Translations under genes and position numbers: made by a program | The notes under the pieces: generated by a model | Seen by the model: only the letters and a program-made list of their open reading frames with translations | Databases searched by the model: none | Told to the model about the DNA's origin: nothing | Assembly (NCBI GenBank): GCA_002269645.1 | Contig: NIVC01002789.1 | Span: 62,001-126,000 of the forward strand | Direction: 5' to 3' | DNA from: Macrostomum lignano | Lineage: Eukaryota | DNA length: 64,000 bases | Part shown: piece after piece, positions 60,474 to 64,000 of the stretch | Numbering within the stretch: the first letter of the stretch is position 1 | Layout: the number at the start of each line of letters is the position of its first letter

Positions 60474-63309
60474 AAAGAAACAGTTCGTATTTTGCTACTT
60501 CGATCAAGAAAATTTTACTATCCATCGTATAACAAACGAGCAAATAACCTTCGTGTAGAAATAAAGGATAGTTCAGCTCAACTAGTTTAAAAATTCATAA
60601 AAAAGTTATTCCGATTTAAGTAAGGATATAAGATCTTCTATAGCATATCAAATAATTTTTGAAAAAAAGCCTACGTCGCAAGATGACGTCGCCCCGACTA
60701 AAACAGTGCAACCAATATTTGCCCGCGACGATGGCGACCAATGGCGACTTCATAGCGACGTCGAGGCGACGTACTGCTTTGCTTGGGTGACCTCCCAGTG
60801 GAACGTTGGCAGCATGGACCACTAGTTCAGCAGAATTCAAAGGTCGAATGCAAGGCGGAATTAAACGAGTCACTGGAGTCATACACTGACTGTCTAATTG
60901 AGCTAGCTTCGTGAGCTTTCCCGAACATGACTATATGGAGCAGCGCGAAGAAGAGATCGTGAAACAGTTCATCCATGCAGGGTGTGAGAATTCTATCTGA
61001 GACCCATAAGAAGCTCATCTTTGCTCAACCAGCTAATCTGCAAGAGGCCAGAAGGATGCTCATGGAGGATGAAAGCAGCCTGGAACATTTCCCGTAAGAA
61101 TTTAGGTATAAGAGTAGCCAAGAGTGAGGAAGAACAAGAACAGAAGGCTGAACAGGAAAAGCTGGAAGAAATCACCAAGTGCCTAGAGTTGCTACTAACG
61201 AGTAGCATCCGGAGAATATGCAATTTGGACAAATACTTAAAATTGGCTCTCCAGAACTCTAAAATTTAATTGGATCAAACTATCACACTATGATTCACCA
61301 GCTCTTTGTTTGAATTTGGGCTAATCGTCTCTGGACTCTTAACGATGTTGACTCAGCGTCTGGCAGTAATCTAACGGTCGGCTAAATGTCACCGAACTCT
61401 TAAGGGTACTAAATAACAATTAGCGCTATTTCCGGTGACAAATATCCTAAATAACTTAGATTATGGTAGCTGCGAGTAGTTGGGTCTAATGCTATACTGT
61501 TATGCATGTACCCAATCGAAGGACGTCGCCCTGAGATGGTCTGATAGAAAGGCTAAGCTTTCTTGATAAGTTGCGGAACCTCACAATGTTAATTAACAAT
61601 AATAATTCTTTACAACATAAACATATCAAACTAGATTGTTCTTCGAGCGACCTAGGACAGCGGCAGATCCTTATTTTTACCCTAAGGTCGACGGAGTTAA
61701 TACATGCTTTTTACTTGATACTGCTTCAACCAAGAAGGTTTTGACTAGAAATGCTTGGGGGGGGGATTTTTGTTGGCGAGAACCGTAGAGGAATTCGCCC
61801 GAGTTTCGAACAGGTCCTGTCCTTTAATGACGTAGATATTCCGTTGTTCGGCGAGGCCGAAGCATTTGTGCAAATCGGGGATCTCCGTGTTGAGTTGAAT
61901 TAAGTTCCTGTTGTGCAAACAAGACACCGAGAATGTTCTAGGCATGCAGTTCGCACTCCGTTATTGTCAGACACTAAATTAAAGTTCCCGGAAGGTACTC
62001 TTGTCCTGAAAAACGACCTGTGTCCCTATCTCTGTTATTCTAAAGTTCCGCCACGGACTTGTAAAGTGCTTTCGACTGAGAGAATGGAAGTGCCAGCTGC
62101 TAGCAGCGCCTTGTGCGTGCATACATCAGACTGGTAATGAGAATAAACCGAGGCATGAACCGAAGGCTTCGATTCATTCTTTTCCGATCTGTGTTGCTTT
62201 CCAGGACTTGTTGAGCGTCTCAATTAGAAACTTGAAAACAATTATCACAATTGTCTCCTAAAGACAAGACGAGAGTGGTACGTTGGTAAAACAATCTTCG
62301 CTCATCTGAATAATGTTACACTCATTCCTCCTAAGAGACAGGGACAATGGATACTCAGGCTCTAGATGCTAGCGTAGGTGAAACTGACAGAAATCTAGAC
62401 TTGGATGCAGAAGAGCAAGATCAGAATAGTCAATCGACACTTGAAGGCAGAGGCGTCGAAAGAGGCCAAGCGGACGTCGTCAGGAAACCCGTCGGCAAAC
62501 CAGACGACGGAGTCCATGGGTCGACCCGGGTCTTTCCGGATCTCGCCTATAGCAGAAGCATCAGTCGAGCGAATCCAGCGGCTGTGGGCCGTGATACCAA
62601 CGTCGGCTGCGCAGATTCAGGAAGAGATACCGCTGCCAAAGGTTGCACCACCAGCGATTGCGCTACCTAGGGTCCTGGCCGAGCGACAGACTCTGCAGTG
62701 CAGTGACAACCTGACCTTGCTGCCGTAGTGATTGAAATTATTTGGTTTGTCACACTTTGTAATTGAGCCTGTCAAATGTTTTTTTATTCTGTGAGCGAGC
62801 TAATCAATTGCTAATCCCTGTAACTGCATCCACTTAATCCGCTAATCTCGTCATTGACTATAACTACTTTATTAACTTTCATGACTGCTTTGGTGCAGTA
62901 ACACTTATCGTCGAACTAATTAAGTATATTTACTTTCGTATCGGAGTGGTGTAACGTGCTAAGTTTTATGTGAAGTTTCCCTTGCTCGAGGGATATTAAT
63001 TAACAGTGTCATCCGTGCTCTTATAGTAGGTCGTCGATGTATATTGACAATTATTTTGGTAATAATAATAATAACAGTACTAGAATATATTAATAATGCT
63101 ATTGACTACTATTGAAATAAAAACGTTACTAATCACTTTATTGGTCAAATTAGTTTTTTTAGTTTTTTCATTAGTCCAGATCAGAAAAGAGTTGTGGTCA
63201 CAGTCTCTGTGTATTCTGTAGTTGTGGTAGTGCTCCTGGGATATAACGTAGTATCGTAAATAGTAATTAAATATGTATACATAAAAAATGAAAAATCTGT
63301 CCTTTTTCG

Positions 63310-63830
63310 AAAAGAGAGGAGAGGCGATAAAGGATAATAAGGGATAAGAGAAAAGGTAGAAGATAATAGTAGAGACGAGGGGGTTAGGTCGATGAGAGAG
63401 AAAGGGGGAGAAGAGGGGAGAGAGGAGAAGCGAGATGAGAGAGATAAGATTAGAGAGGAGAGAGTAGAGAGGAGCGAGTAGAGAAGAGAGAGAAGAGAGT
63501 AGAGATTATAGAGCAGAGAGCTGCAGATGAGAGGAGAAAGGAGAGAGGAGCAGAGAGGAGAGAGGAAAGAGGTGAAAAGAGAGATGAGAGATTAAAGGGA
63601 AGAGAGAAGAGATAAAAATACATCTCTACATCTCAAAGGTTGTAGAGATGAGAGAGGTGCAAGGAGAGATGAGAAATGAGAGATCAGAGAAGATGACAGA
63701 TGAAAGAGGGGGATGAGGCAGCAAAGACGAGAGCGAACAGACGGGAGATGGGAGTTTAGATAGAACGAGGAGAGATAAGAGAAAAGATATTACAGAGATG
63801 AGAAGAGAGAGGAGAATAGAAATGGGAGAG

Positions 63831-63889
<59 letters not shown>

Positions 63890-64000
63890 GAGGGGTAAGA
63901 GTAGAGAGGAGAGATGAGATAGAGTAGAGGAGAGAGGAGAGAAGATGGAAGTGTTGAGAGAGGGGAGAGTGAGGAATGAGAAGAGGGGAGAGAAGAGAGA
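63310..64000. repeat. GA-rich simple repeat running to the window end
   Basis: Direct read. Confidence 0.93.

Larger units (their letters stand above)
54288..60787. mobile_element. Non-autonomous CMC/EnSpm-like DNA transposon (6500 bp with nested insertions, ~2.6 kb net) interrupting the Gypsy gag
   Basis: TIR cccagtcaaagcaatgccgttgcctcgacgtcgcta vs reverse complement of the right end cccaagcaaagcagtacgtcgcctcgacgtcgcta. 2-bp TSD tg (54286-54287, 60788-60789). Clusters of (c)gacgtc(g) motifs at both ends. CCC termini with a 2-bp TSD fit animal EnSpm-like elements; the superfamily call is an inference. Confidence 0.78.
53818..62330 (+). mobile_element. Decayed, internally deleted Gypsy-type LTR retrotransposon: gag 54025-54287 and ~60790-61270, protease ~61675-61960, possible integrase C-terminal tail ~62240-62330
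   Basis: Gag-like SEKFTPGQDTRVWLTAFDQRCEAEG resumes after the insertion as AEFKGRMQ..ESLESYTDCLIELAS*AFP..KQFIH..QPANLQEARR, with frameshifts and stops. Retropepsin-like FLLDTAS..VLGMQF. Degenerate tRNA-Leu-like PBS tggtggcattagtggaat at 53818. No RT or RNase H seen; LTRs not confidently delimited. Confidence 0.72.

Noticed and set aside
62950-63260. Possible 3' LTR of the outer Gypsy element (tgtaac start)
   Set aside because: Weak polypurine tract and no matching 5' LTR upstream of the PBS at 53818.

Overview
Eukaryotic (metazoan) genomic DNA, not prokaryotic. GC3-rich exons, minisatellite-filled introns and long (GATA)n tracts suggest a free-living flatworm such as Macrostomum; this is an inference from composition only. 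The first ~44.6 kb holds five recognisable genes. On + are an HR96/NR1J-type nuclear receptor (4 exons seen) and an intronless 1281-aa echinoid/nephrin-like Ig-FN3 transmembrane protein. On - are three closely packed genes: RPL31, MRM1 and CCHCR1. Almost every intron and intergenic gap is filled by a different tandem repeat, including a 5.7-kb 17-bp satellite. From ~44.6 kb the DNA is AT-rich and transposon-dominated: a tRNA-derived SINE with a 14-bp TSD (second copy at 34.5 kb), a hAT MITE, and a decayed Gypsy element. The Gypsy element is split by a 6.5-kb CMC/EnSpm-like element that itself carries an LTR element with a tRNA-Gln PBS, a solo LTR and a Merlin/MULE-like MITE. Three leads stand out. 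(1) RPL31-MRM1-CCHCR1 may be a spliced-leader operon in which MRM1 takes its start codon from the leader. (2) An intronic minisatellite in CCHCR1 is built from copies of the exon end plus its 5' splice site. (3) Several satellites have units that are paired nuclear-receptor half-sites (DR3/DR2, DR0), close to a nuclear-receptor gene. All were read by eye; no searches or alignments were run.
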